A DNA stretch of 64,000 bases from an uncultured bacterium (GCA_963729625.1 CAVSOU010000008.1:192001-256000); one strand, 5' to 3'; numbered from the stretch's first letter, positions 29,853-40,114 are shown. Numbers and translations are program-made. Notes: generated by a model not told the origin, from the letters alone.

Positions 29853-30119
29853 CTACGATCTGGCTTTGCGGCTACGGCGCGATGCTTGGAACTCGCGTAG
29901 CAGTTCATCCTCGCTTACACCGGCCGCGGTGATCTGTTCGTCGAGCACGGTTGCGGCAGCCCGAAGTGGTTCGAGGTCAACTGGCTTTGGGCGTGGGCGT
30001 GCCGGAATAAAGAAGCCGACCGTTTCGCCGTGGCGCGTGATAGCAATGGGATCAGCGCGGTCGAGAAAGCTGGCAAGCCTCTCGCGAAATTCGCGGATTC
30101 CGACTCTTTGTGCTTGCAT
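29853..30119 (-). CDS. Phd/YefM family antitoxin
   Basis: RVGIREFRERLASFL..PIAITRHGETVGFFIP. Confidence 0.88.
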   Translation of the reverse strand: MQAQRVGIREFRERLASFLDRADPIAITRHGETVGFFIPARPRPKPVDLEPLRAAATVLDEQITAAGVSEDELLREFQASRRSRKARS

Positions 30120-30131
30120 ATGATTCTCCTT

Positions 30132-30146
30132 TGTGTACACATGCTA
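30132..30146 (-). promoter_or_regulatory. Phd-type operator and extended -10
   Basis: Palindrome TGTGTACACA (30132-30141), same core as the P1 phd/doc operator, next to TGgTAGCAT on the minus strand. Confidence 0.6.
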
Positions 30147-30272
30147 CCATATCTGACGCTTCGTGGCCTGGCTGTTGGCGGCGCGTGGTGCTATACCGAA
30201 GCCACGACGGGATCTACATCACGTTGTGCTGGTGAGCCGCGCTTCACTTGCAGGTTTCATCGTGGCCTCACT

Positions 30273-31955
30273 TTAGGGGATAGAGCCGTGCAAATCGGTG
30301 CGCGTGAGAGCATAGACCTCGACTAGTCCGGTTGGGCGGGTTACGGTGACCAGCCGATACTCGCTCGCCAGATCGCCCAGCACTCGGACGGTACCGGGAG
30401 CGCTCAACACGTCGGGCGTCGCGTGCCGTCGCCCAAGCACGAACACGTAGTCGACCTCGCCGCCGCTCGTGCTGTTGTAGCCCCGCAAGTCCACGTCCGG
30501 AGGCGTACTGCCCATGCCGTCAGGATGGAACTGGAGATGGAAGTATGGATCCAGGCGCGGCCGAAAGTGAAAATCATAGTAGGGAGTCCAGCCTTGAGCG
30601 TTGCCGAGGTCGATGCCGTGTCGCTCGGCGGCAATCCGGCTAGCTTCGTTGGAAAGCGGGTGGCTGTGCGGGTTGTCACGCACGCCATCCGGCCACAGGT
30701 TGATCTGCAGCATCGTGGACCCGGGACGGATGCTCGTGGCAATCGAATCGTATTCAGCCACCTGATCGCTGAAGGACTGATAAAAGGGTAGGCGGATCGC
30801 CAGCAGGACGATTTGAACCGCGATGGCCACCGCAACGGTCAGAGCGGAAAGCCGCTCCACGACAGGCTGGGAGGCAATCCACAGCACGAGCGCGTAGAAG
30901 GGGAACAAGGCCAGGCGTTCCGTGCTAAAACCACCACCGCTCGCGATCTTTTCGGGGGCGAGCACGATGGTGACAAGCGAGACGAGAGCAGCGGCGCCAA
31001 ACGCGTCCTCGCGGCGCAGTCTCAGCTGAGGGAGCCGGGAGCGCACGGCAGCGATGACAAGAATGGCGAGGAGTACTGCCAAGGCAAGGCAAGGAAGCTT
31101 TTCCCAGGCAGAGTACGAGAGGATGCCCAGCGAGAGGTCGAATACGCTCACCAACTGCCTCCATTGGCCTGGCGACAGGACGTTGGAGCCACTCGTGCCA
31201 TTGGCAAGCACGTAGGCGACGGTGAGGATAAGGCATGGAGTGGCGGCAATCGCGAACGGCGCCATGCGGCGAAGGTGGTCTTGAATGGCGACGCGCGGAG
31301 TACTCCCCCGCTTGTGCGCTTCCCACGCGTCGAAAGCCATTTCCCAACAGTACACCGTCCCGATGAAGATCACGGCTTCCAGGAAGGGCAACAGGTGCGT
31401 GGTGTAGGTGAGCAGCAACAGCAGCAACAGGACAAGCGTGTGCTTTGGATGCATTTCATTGCGGTGGCGGAACGCATAACCAACCGCAAGGAGGAAGACC
31501 ACAACCCCATAACTGAAACCGAAGAAGCCGAGCTGCAGTGTGGCGGTGAAGGTGAAGGGAAACGCAAGGAAGGCAAGCCAGCTGCGGCCCGGTCGCACGG
31601 CATTGACTGCGTAGCGCAAGGCGAGAGGCAGCGCTACGATGTAGCCGCCAAGCATGATCTTTTCGGCGACATTGGGCGTGAACACCTTTACCAGCGCGGC
31701 CAGCAGATACTCAGTACTGAGGTTCGGGGCTGTGTAGTTGGTGAGAACGTAATACCGGCTGTAGATGCCGCCGAAGTTGCCCAGCAGCACCGCAGCCTGG
31801 AGGTGCAACGGTCCGTCTTCCAACACGGGATAGCGGAACGTCGCGATGAGTGCCAGTTCACCGACAATAGTTGCAAGGAACAGCATGCCGGCAAGGGTCC
31901 GGGGCTGCAATCGTGTCCGGAGATTGGCGTCCACTCTCGAGCTCAGGTCAATCAT
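30273..31955 (-). CDS. Polytopic membrane protein, probable GT-C-fold glycosyltransferase
   Basis: About 11 hydrophobic segments, first loop PVLEDGPLH, soluble C-terminal domain. Confidence 0.6.
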   Translation of the reverse strand: MIDLSSRVDANLRTRLQPRTLAGMLFLATIVGELALIATFRYPVLEDGPLHLQAAVLLGNFGGIYSRYYVLTNYTAPNLSTEYLLAALVKVFTPNVAEKIMLGGYIVALPLALRYAVNAVRPGRSWLAFLAFPFTFTATLQLGFFGFSYGVVVFLLAVGYAFRHRNEMHPKHTLVLLLLLLLTYTTHLLPFLEAVIFIGTVYCWEMAFDAWEAHKRGSTPRVAIQDHLRRMAPFAIAATPCLILTVAYVLANGTSGSNVLSPGQWRQLVSVFDLSLGILSYSAWEKLPCLALAVLLAILVIAAVRSRLPQLRLRREDAFGAAALVSLVTIVLAPEKIASGGGFSTERLALFPFYALVLWIASQPVVERLSALTVAVAIAVQIVLLAIRLPFYQSFSDQVAEYDSIATSIRPGSTMLQINLWPDGVRDNPHSHPLSNEASRIAAERHGIDLGNAQGWTPYYDFHFRPRLDPYFHLQFHPDGMGSTPPDVDLRGYNSTSGGEVDYVFVLGRRHATPDVLSAPGTVRVLGDLASEYRLVTVTRPTGLVEVYALTRTDLHGSIP

Positions 31956-31958
31956 CCA

Positions 31959-33614
31959 TCAGGCCGCGGTCGCGGCGGCCGCCTCCTGCTCGTGCACCAT
32001 GTCCTTCCGTCTGATCATGGTGAAGGCCGACACGGTGCCGATTCCCAGCATGGCCGCGGCCAGCCAGAGGACGAAGACCGTGCCATCCACGAACGACTGC
32101 CGGGCAATGTGCTGGATGAGCGGGAAGGCAGGGGAGTGCGCCATGGGATTGGGCTGCGCCGGGTTCACCGGCAGCCCCAGACTCGCCGCAACCGTTCCGG
32201 CGTGCTGCGCCTGGCCGATCGCGCCGGCCCTGGCGCTCGCCGGGAGCTGGGCGAGCGCTGAGATGCGGTCCGAGACGAGCCCGTTGTAGTGGCTGGTGAG
32301 CATGGCGCCAAGGAAGGCGATGCCGAAGGCAGAGCCGACCTGGCGGCACATACTGTTGACGCCCGAGGCCATGCCGGCGCGCGCGCTCGGCACTGTTCCC
32401 ACGGCTACTGTCGAGATGGGTGGCTGCGCCAGCCCCATGCCCAACCCGCCCAGAATGAACGCGGGCAAGAGCACCACCCAATCGCTTTTCACGTCGTGCG
32501 GCGAGATGCGCGTCATCAGCACGACGGAAAGGGTGAGGAGCGCCATGCCCAGCGTGAGCACGGGGCGCGCGCCGATACGATCCATGACGATGCCGCCGAT
32601 AGGAGCCGAAACCAGGATGAAGCCGCTCAACGGCAGAAAACGCACGCCGGTTTCCATGGCACTGTAGCCCAGAAAGTTTTGAAAGTAGAGGGTCAGGAAA
32701 AAGAACACGGATAGTATGCCCGCGCTCAGCGCGAATACCGTGATCGCGGCGCCGGTGAAGCTCACGTTCCTGAACAGTCGCAGGTCGACCATGGCATTCT
32801 TGATCCGCGGCTCGCCGGCGAGGAATGCCGCCATCGCCACCACAGCCACGGCGAACAGCGTGAGAATGTACTGCGAGGTCCAGCCCTTGTCGTTGCCCTG
32901 AATGAGCGCCAGGGTCAGGCAGAACAGGCTGATGGTGATCGTTGCCAGTCCGAACACATCGATCGAACGCGGCGCGCGCTCATCACGCGACTCGGCGACG
33001 GCCCAGGCCGCCACGAGCACGGCAACGATGCCGATCGGCACGTTGATGAAGAAGATCGACTGCCAGCCCGCGTTCTCCACCAGGAACCCGCCCGCAAGCG
33101 GCCCTATGGCGGTAGCCAAACCACTCACACTGCCCCAGATGCCGATGGCCCGCCCGCGCTCCGGGCCCTCGAATGTTGCCGTGATGATCGCCAGCGTCAT
33201 AGGGAACATGATCGACGCGCCGAGGCCCTGGACGCCGCGCGCGATCAGCAGCACGTTCATGTGCGAGAGGCTGACGAGCGTGATGCCGCCCGAGACGCCG
33301 CAGAGCAACGAGCCGAGTGTGAAGATGGCGAGCCCCGCCATGAACACGCGTTTGCGGCCGAAGATGTCGCCCAGCCTGCCGGACGTTACCAGGAAGACGG
33401 CCAGCGTGAGGGCGTATGCGTTGATCACCCATTGCAGGTCGGATAGATCCGCGTGCAGGTCCTTCTGGATCGTGGGAAGCGCGACGTAGACGATTGTCAT
33501 GTCCAGCAGGGCCATGAAGATGGTGAAGGCCATTGCCAGCAGTGTCCACCACTTATGAGCGCGCGCGACGGCGCTGCCAGTGCCGATCGTGCCCGCTTGG
33601 TTCTCGGAAGCCAC
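31959..33614 (-). CDS. DHA2 (EmrB/QacA) MFS efflux transporter
   Basis: LDMTIVYVALPTI, WVINAYAL, GRLGDIFGRKR, WQSIFFINVPIG. Confidence 0.95.
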   Translation of the reverse strand: MASENQAGTIGTGSAVARAHKWWTLLAMAFTIFMALLDMTIVYVALPTIQKDLHADLSDLQWVINAYALTLAVFLVTSGRLGDIFGRKRVFMAGLAIFTLGSLLCGVSGGITLVSLSHMNVLLIARGVQGLGASIMFPMTLAIITATFEGPERGRAIGIWGSVSGLATAIGPLAGGFLVENAGWQSIFFINVPIGIVAVLVAAWAVAESRDERAPRSIDVFGLATITISLFCLTLALIQGNDKGWTSQYILTLFAVAVVAMAAFLAGEPRIKNAMVDLRLFRNVSFTGAAITVFALSAGILSVFFFLTLYFQNFLGYSAMETGVRFLPLSGFILVSAPIGGIVMDRIGARPVLTLGMALLTLSVVLMTRISPHDVKSDWVVLLPAFILGGLGMGLAQPPISTVAVGTVPSARAGMASGVNSMCRQVGSAFGIAFLGAMLTSHYNGLVSDRISALAQLPASARAGAIGQAQHAGTVAASLGLPVNPAQPNPMAHSPAFPLIQHIARQSFVDGTVFVLWLAAAMLGIGTVSAFTMIRRKDMVHEQEAAAATAA

Positions 33615-33632
33615 GATTCTTCTCTCCTTCGC

Positions 33633-34376
33633 TCAGCCCGATGCCGGTTGGTCGTCGCCCGCGGTCGTCGCCGAGAAGACGGCATGGTAGATGAGGTCGG
33701 CTAACGCGTCTCGCTGACGGTAGAACTCTGTCTCCGTCAGCAGCTCCGGCCGAAGCCGATGATGCCAGACATGGTCAAGCAGCGTGGTGATGGTCCAGGC
33801 GGTGCGCTCCGCATCGAGATCGGGCCAGGCGCGGCCTTCGGCGACACCTCGGCGGATGGCGAGCAGCACCTGGTGATAGAGCCAGCGCTGGACCTCCACG
33901 GCGTACGCGGCGATCTCGGGGTCGCCGGCCTCGAGCGCCATCCAGGCACGCTGCAATTGATAGTGCGCCCGGTCGTACGGCAGCGCCACGGCCAGCGCAT
34001 GCCGGATCGACTGGCGCCAGTCGGGACCAACCAGCGTGGCGCCGAGATTCAGCGCGCGCAGCATCGCCGCCGTGCCCTCAAGCAGCGCCAGCAGAATCTG
34101 CCTCTTGTCGTGAAAGTAGCTGTAGAGCGTGCCGATGCTCACGCCGGCGGCGGCGGCTATGTCCGGTGTCGTCGCCGCGTGGTACCCGCGGTCGGCAAAG
34201 AGCGCGGCGCCGGCCCTGAGCAGCGCGTCGCGCTTGGCGCGCGCCCGCTCCTGGCGTGGCACGCGCGGCACGTCTCCCGAGCTCGGCACGGCCGGGAAGT
34301 CGGCGCGTCCCTCGTCGGGCGAGCCTTGCAACGGCGCGCCGTCACTCGGCTGCGAAGCCTGCGTTCGACCGGGCAA
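33633..34376 (-). CDS. TetR/AcrR family regulator
   Basis: PRQERARAKRDALL..FADRGYHAATTPDIAAAAGVSIGTLYSYFHDK; TTG start after GGAGGT; upstream inverted repeat TATGAAT..ATTCATA at 34402-34425. Confidence 0.9.
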   Translation of the reverse strand: MPGRTQASQPSDGAPLQGSPDEGRADFPAVPSSGDVPRVPRQERARAKRDALLRAGAALFADRGYHAATTPDIAAAAGVSIGTLYSYFHDKRQILLALLEGTAAMLRALNLGATLVGPDWRQSIRHALAVALPYDRAHYQLQRAWMALEAGDPEIAAYAVEVQRWLYHQVLLAIRRGVAEGRAWPDLDAERTAWTITTLLDHVWHHRLRPELLTETEFYRQRDALADLIYHAVFSATTAGDDQPASG

Positions 34377-34564
34377 GCGACCTCCGCGCACCACGCTCGT
34401 GTATGAATACGAATATAGATTCATATATCTAGCGCCAGTATATGCCGTACCCGAGACGCCTGTCAATTGACCCGATTAGCTAGGCAAGAACCTGGGTGGC
34501 CTGACCGTGAACGGTCATGGCAAAGCAATGATCCCTGAAGGGGCTTGAGAGACTACACTGAACC

Positions 34565-34761
34565 TCCGCGAGTACTTGATTCTCGACAATCGGCGACCCC
34601 TGGCAACGCTCTACAGGAGGACGGACGACGGTCAATGGATCGTCACCGCCTTCGCCGTCGGCTGCACACTTCCACTCGCCAGCATTGGACTCGATCTCCC
34701 AGTCGGGCAGATCTACGACGGCGTGACGCTCGATCCGGATCCGGCGGTCCGGGCTGAATGA
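34565..34761 (+). pseudogene. C-terminal fragment of a Uma2 family endonuclease
   Basis: REYLILDNRRPLATLYRRTDDGQW..LASIGLDLPVGQIYDGV parallels the C-terminus of the intact Uma2 at 47665-48234; N-terminus absent. Confidence 0.75.
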
Positions 34762-34951
34762 ACGACGAACCGAATTGCAGTCATCTCACTCACGGAGTAA
34801 CCCGACCCGCGGACCGGCGACCGGGCGTGTCGGGAGATTGTAATCGCCGGGATCCTGGGAGCATCCGGGACCCGCTCGCGGGTGTCGCGTCCGCCCGCAC
34901 TGGGCGCCGACACGGAGGGTCACAGTGACGGACGCCGCGCTTGACGCCTGC

Positions 34952-35341
34952 TCACCAGATGCGATTCGTGGAATACGTTGAGAACACCGTGTCCGCGCTC
35001 ACGATAGGCACTTGTTCAACGATAGCTTGTGCTACAAGCAAGCGGTCGAACGGGTCACGATGGTGGAATGGCATGCTCACGACCTGATTTGTATGGTCTA
35101 CAGAAATACCCAGGAGTGCGATCCCATTGCGGCGTAGTTGTGCTGAGATGAAAGTGTGGAACGGGGCATCGATGGTCAGCTTGCCGAGACTGATCTTGAT
35201 TGCCATTTCCCAGACGCTCGCGATGCTGAGCAACGGCTCCGTAGTCGGATCGGCGATCAAGGCCTGTGCTCGCGGGCTCAGTTGCGCACTTCCGCTGACA
35301 AACCACAGAAACGCATGGGTATCGAGCAGGACCCGCGTCAT
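34952..35341 (-). CDS. VapC/PIN toxin
   Basis: LLDTHAFLW, SIASVWEMAIKISLGKL, HHRDPFDRLLVAQA. Confidence 0.93.
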   Translation of the reverse strand: MTRVLLDTHAFLWFVSGSAQLSPRAQALIADPTTEPLLSIASVWEMAIKISLGKLTIDAPFHTFISAQLRRNGIALLGISVDHTNQVVSMPFHHRDPFDRLLVAQAIVEQVPIVSADTVFSTYSTNRIW

Positions 35342-35571
35342 TGGTACTCAGAGAAGTCCGTCAATGGCGCATCGAAGTCGTCCGCCATCCTGATCAGGCC
35401 GCGAGCACTGCCAAACTCGGGGGCGCGCTTTGCTTGCCCCACCGGTACCAACTGCACCACAGGGTGTCCTTGAAGACTATCCGCCGTGATCAGGACCTCC
35501 TCGCCGCGCGTCGCAGCCTCGATAAGCTCTGGCAGATGTAGCTTTGCGTCCTCGATATCGGTCTGGGTCAT
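35338..35571 (-). CDS. Phd-like antitoxin
   Basis: DAKLHLPELIEAATRGEEVLIT..FGSARGLIRMADDFDAPL; 4-bp overlap with the toxin gene. Confidence 0.88.
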   Translation of the reverse strand: MTQTDIEDAKLHLPELIEAATRGEEVLITADSLQGHPVVQLVPVGQAKRAPEFGSARGLIRMADDFDAPLTDFSEYQ

Positions 35572-35837
35572 CGGCAGACAGTCCTCTCGCCCACGGTGTG
35601 CAATTCAGTGTACGACAACGGCAATCGTGCTGGTATTCTCGGTTCGCTCGTGGATCGTAGCCCAGCGTGTGACTTGGGGTTTCGGGCCTGGGTGGGTCCA
35701 TCACGGTGAGCAGCAAGAACGGTCAGTGCACCGTTGCGCTGGGCATCACTAGCGCGGGTGGTGGTGGCGCAAGCGGCCTCCCGCCGGCGCCCGCGGTGGG
35801 CGCCGGTGTGGGAGTCGAGAACGCGTGTGTCCTAGCG

Positions 35838-36299
35838 CTACGCGTGCCTGCCGTATACATCCAGGAGTTGCAACTGTGTGGCTCTGAGCTGCCCAGCCAT
35901 GATCGACGCGAACCGCTTGTGCAGCGCGTAGCCAAGGTTGTGGTCCTCTTCGCACTTGCCTCGCAGGCATGCGCCGTCGAGGGCCACGGCTCTGGTGAGC
36001 TCGAGCGCCACCGCGTCGTGGCTCCAGGTATAGGGAGGAACCAGCCAGGCCCATCCCAGGATGTCGCCTTCGCCGAGGGTTTGGATGGCGATCGACCCTC
36101 GTCCCAGAGCGGAGATTTCCAGTCGCACTGTACCGGCACGGATGAGGTAAAAGCGGTTAGCCCCTTCACCCTCGCGCAGCAAGTACTCGCCGGCGCTGAA
36201 TCGCACGTTTGAGGCGCAACCGACAAGCAGCTCCAGGTAGTGCTCGTCCATTTCAGCGAAGAAGGGATGTCGCTCGAGGATGGGTTCAAGGGTATGCAT
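35838..36299 (-). CDS. Stand-alone cyclic nucleotide-binding domain protein
   Basis: HPFFAEM..REGEGANRFYLIRAGTV..GDILGWAWLVPPY. Confidence 0.88.
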   Translation of the reverse strand: MHTLEPILERHPFFAEMDEHYLELLVGCASNVRFSAGEYLLREGEGANRFYLIRAGTVRLEISALGRGSIAIQTLGEGDILGWAWLVPPYTWSHDAVALELTRAVALDGACLRGKCEEDHNLGYALHKRFASIMAGQLRATQLQLLDVYGRHA

Positions 36300-36589
36300 C
36301 TGACGTCCTCCCAGCACGTAGAGCGGTGGTAACCGGCCGACGAGAGGCTCGTTTCGATCCGGACTATCGGAAGCTGCGCAGACACGCTCACTTCGCAGCG
36401 GTCAGGCAGATTTCATGCCCTCCCTTCGTAGTCCCGACCGCGCACCGTGCGAAACGCCGTGCGCACGAAGCGAGCCGTTAGAGACCGGGCGTCCGCGCCC
36501 ACTGATCCATGGGCACACGCTGCACCCCCACCTGATAACGGTCAAGGGCCGTTCGGCCTGAACTGCGGCGCAGAGTGTACGTACGGCGC

Positions 36590-38341
36590 TCATTGTGCTG
36601 TCGCCTGTCGCACCTTGCCAATGCAATGAGCGACATCCTCGTTGTTCGGGGCCAGTTGCGCGGCAATGGCGACGGCGGCCCGGGCATCCTCCAGCCTGTC
36701 GTTGCGCAGCAGACAGAGCGTGAGCGCACAGAGAATCGACACGCTTCGCGGGTCCAGCTCGCGTGCGCGCACCAGTGCCTCCAGCGCATCGCCGTCCATA
36801 TTGCTCGCCATGAGTGCTATCCCCAGGCCATACAGCGCTTCCGGCAGATCGGGCTTCGCGCTGGCGACGAGGGTATAGGCCTCCAGGGCCCCCGCGATCC
36901 GTCCCTGGTTGAGCGCGGCATAGCCAACGGCCAATGCGGCAGGCCAGTAGCTCGGAAGCAGCTCGAGCGCGCGTTTGTTGTGCCAGTCGGCGGCGTCATC
37001 CCGGCCAGCCCGTACGTAGCAGCGAGCCGCCATGATGTGCAGGTATGGAAGGTCATCAGTGAGCTCGATTGCCGCTGTGAGCGCCCCGATCGCTTCGTCG
37101 ATGCGGCCAAGCCGGTACGCGGCAACGCCGAGCTGGTACAGCGAGTCAGCGGTGGAGGCTCCCATTGCGTCGACATGCTTGAGGACATCGAAGGCCCGTT
37201 GGTGCTCGCCGGCCGTCGCCAGATACGAGCCGAGCCGTAGCAGCACTTTCGGCTGGTCGGGATCAAGCTGGAGAGCGATTTCCCACTGAATCGCGGCGCC
37301 GGCAATCCGGTTCGCGGCGGCGAGAAGATTGCCCTGCAGAACATAAGCCGTGGGATGTTCAGGGTCGATGTCCAGCAGGCGCTGAACGATTCGCCCTGCG
37401 CGCGCGAAGTGGCCCGCGCGGTAAGCCTGCAGGCCGGCAAGCGCCAGCGCATGCACATTGTCTGGCTGTTGGCCAAGGACGGCGGAAGTCAGAACGGCCG
37501 CCTGCACGTTGAATCCGTCCTGCTCCAAGATGCGCGCGACTCGCTCCAACGCCACGACCCCTTGCTCGCCCCAGAATTCCATCGCTTCGATAAGCTCGTC
37601 CGCAGCGGTGTCGCCAGCGGCGTTCGCGGCGATCTCCGCGGCAAGGACCGCGGCTGGCGCTTCGAAGTCGGGATCCAACGCCAATGCCTCGAACAACTTG
37701 GCGCGCGCCCCCAGCGGGTTCGCGCGGGTGATGCCGTGCTGCGCGCGCATATCCGCCCCGTTCAGGTAGGAGAGCAGGGCGTCAAGACGGCCAGTTTCGC
37801 GGCTCTCGATCTGTTCGAGCTGGTCGTCGCTGAGCTGCAGCCCTAGGGCGTTGGCCATGGTGATGGCTACGTCACCCGCGGCGTCCAGCAGGTCCTCCGG
37901 ATCGCCGATAAGCGCATCCTCGAACAGCGTGATTCTTCGCGCTGCCTCCCTGAGCGTCAGATTCCAGCGGAGCGCCGGGTTCAGCGTGATGGCCCCTGAG
38001 AGGACATAATCGGCGCGCCAGCTCGCGCTGCACGAGTATGCTTGCTCGTCCGAGAGCGGCGAATAGATCGGTACATAGCGCCGTCCCTCGGGACCGGTAG
38101 CCACGAGCAAGCCGTGGCCGGTTGTGAGATCGGAGACCGCGCTCATCCGCCGCTGGACAAGTTCCCCGACCCTGCGTCCAATCGCTTCCTCGCCCTGCGG
38201 CGTGGAGAACGGCAGGATGAGCAGACTGAGGCCGTCGGTCGATGGGCCGTCCACTACCATGGACAGCTTCTCGCTCACCGCGTCCCGCCTCGCGGACGCG
38301 CTCGCGCCAAGGTCGCGCAGGCCGGATTCCTGCGTGGCCAT
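36590..38341 (-). CDS. Tetratricopeptide repeat protein
   Basis: Multiple TPR-like units (ALQLDPDQPKVLLRLG, PDLPEALYGLG, ARELDPRS). Confidence 0.85.
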   Translation of the reverse strand: MATQESGLRDLGASASARRDAVSEKLSMVVDGPSTDGLSLLILPFSTPQGEEAIGRRVGELVQRRMSAVSDLTTGHGLLVATGPEGRRYVPIYSPLSDEQAYSCSASWRADYVLSGAITLNPALRWNLTLREAARRITLFEDALIGDPEDLLDAAGDVAITMANALGLQLSDDQLEQIESRETGRLDALLSYLNGADMRAQHGITRANPLGARAKLFEALALDPDFEAPAAVLAAEIAANAAGDTAADELIEAMEFWGEQGVVALERVARILEQDGFNVQAAVLTSAVLGQQPDNVHALALAGLQAYRAGHFARAGRIVQRLLDIDPEHPTAYVLQGNLLAAANRIAGAAIQWEIALQLDPDQPKVLLRLGSYLATAGEHQRAFDVLKHVDAMGASTADSLYQLGVAAYRLGRIDEAIGALTAAIELTDDLPYLHIMAARCYVRAGRDDAADWHNKRALELLPSYWPAALAVGYAALNQGRIAGALEAYTLVASAKPDLPEALYGLGIALMASNMDGDALEALVRARELDPRSVSILCALTLCLLRNDRLEDARAAVAIAAQLAPNNEDVAHCIGKVRQATAQ

Positions 38342-38515
38342 ACACTGCTCCCCTCAGGATCTGTCCTGTGATGACAAACGCACGCCCGACTCCCGGCGAC
38401 TGCTTCGTGCGGGCACAAGCATACATCCGGTATTCAAAGAACGTTCATACCGTCTGGTAAGAATCAGTATGGACCGTGGAATGCGCGCTCGCAAGCAGTG
38501 CTTTCGGGTGAGGAG

Positions 38516-39532
38516 CTACTCCCTGGGATCAACGTCTCCCTGATCGGGAGCCGCCGGATCGGGCGCGCCGGCCTCTTCCTGCCCGTCCGCGCCGACCGCA
38601 CTGCTCGACGTGATCGTTGAGGTCTCGCCGGCGCTGTCGGAGATCTCCGCTTCCTCGCCGTCCTCGTAGTCCTCGTCATCTCCCTCGAACTCTTCATCCT
38701 CGTCGATGTCGTAGGCCGGATCGAACACCCAGGGCTTGAGCAGCATGAAGTACGCGCCGAGCACCAGTAGCGCCTGCACGGCCACCGCCGTGATCTGCGC
38801 CTGCTTGAGGCCGAGCGTCACGATTTCGTTATCCCGCCATATGAAGAGCACGAATTGGCCGACGCAGTAGAGGCTGAGATAGAGGACGAACAACATGCCG
38901 GCCGGCTTCAGCCGGTTGCGAAGCGGCCATAGCACGGCAAACAAGCCGATGCAGAACAGGAACTCGTAGGCGCCGGCCGGCTGCACGGGTACGGGATTGT
39001 CGTGCAGTGACTGCGGAATGAAGGAGTTGTTAGGATTCGTGTACTTTACCGCCCACGGAAGGTTGCTCGGATAACCGATGATATCGCCGTTGATCAGATT
39101 GCCGATTCGCCCGACTGCCTGCGCCAGAGGCGCGAAGATAGCTACGCAATCCAGCGCTACGCCCAGCGGCACCTTCTCCACGCGGGCAAGCACCAGTAGC
39201 ACCGGCACGCCGAGAAAAACGGCGCCGAAGAAGGCCATGCCACCCTGCCAGAGCGCGATGATGTCGCCGGGATGATTCGCGTAATGCCCGGGATCGTTCT
39301 GCACGACATAGTAAAGGCGGCCGCCGATAAGTCCGGCAATCACGACACCCGCGGCAACGTTCCAGATCTGTTCACTGGTGATGCCTCGACTGCGCGCATA
39401 AGGAACCATCACCAGCATGCCCACCACGATGGCCAGCAGATACATCAAGGCGTACCAGCGTAGGGAGAATGGTCCAACTTTTACCAGCACGGGGTCTACG
39501 TTGATCGTGAAGTAGCCGAGCAGTGCGAGCAT
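38516..39532 (-). CDS. lgt: Prolipoprotein diacylglyceryl transferase (divergent) with acidic C-terminal tail
   Basis: LRWYALMY, GGRLYYV, WQGGM, QAVGRIGNLING, LPWAV. Confidence 0.85.
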   Translation of the reverse strand: MLALLGYFTINVDPVLVKVGPFSLRWYALMYLLAIVVGMLVMVPYARSRGITSEQIWNVAAGVVIAGLIGGRLYYVVQNDPGHYANHPGDIIALWQGGMAFFGAVFLGVPVLLVLARVEKVPLGVALDCVAIFAPLAQAVGRIGNLINGDIIGYPSNLPWAVKYTNPNNSFIPQSLHDNPVPVQPAGAYEFLFCIGLFAVLWPLRNRLKPAGMLFVLYLSLYCVGQFVLFIWRDNEIVTLGLKQAQITAVAVQALLVLGAYFMLLKPWVFDPAYDIDEDEEFEGDDEDYEDGEEAEISDSAGETSTITSSSAVGADGQEEAGAPDPAAPDQGDVDPRE

Positions 39533-39835
39533 CGCGCCTCCAAGTCCACTGGCATACGGGAAATACGTTGTTGATGGCAGCCGCGCCACATGACAGTAAA
39601 GACACGTCCAGGCAGGCTCGCGTGGCGAGGATAGTATGCTGGATGGGCCGCAAAGAGCATACCACGCAGAGCCTTTCGTGCGGTATGCTCACGCTAGAAG
39701 CATCTCATGCCGCACGTGTTGCCGTGTTGCCCGTAGCAGGACGGGTGGGGCGAAAAGTGGCACACTACTATCGACGTGTGGTGAATCGCAGTTCGTGATA
39801 TGTGTCGCGCGTAACCAGACCGGAGGTTTCGTCGG

Positions 39836-40108
39836 ATGTTGCTCTTCTTGTTCCTTGTGGCGCTTGCCGTGGTCGGCTTCGCCGCGGGTCGCCTGCGCAA
39901 GGCGCCTGCCTTCCTGGATGGGGCTGCGCTGGCCGGTCTGGCAGCCGTCACGTTCGTAGTAACCGGCTTTGGATTTCACGTCATTGCCCTGGTCGTGGGT
40001 GTCCTCTGCCTGGCCGGCGGCTTCATTGGCGGCGCTACCAGCGACGTGCGCAATATGAATAGAAAGAGGCTTGGCGGCGGTGGACGCGGCGGCCTGCTTG
40101 GCCGCTAG
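39836..40108 (+). CDS. Small membrane protein
   Basis: Three hydrophobic segments; RBS GGAGG. Confidence 0.6.
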   Translation: MLLFLFLVALAVVGFAAGRLRKAPAFLDGAALAGLAAVTFVVTGFGFHVIALVVGVLCLAGGFIGGATSDVRNMNRKRLGGGGRGGLLGR

Positions 40109-40114
40109 GAGACC

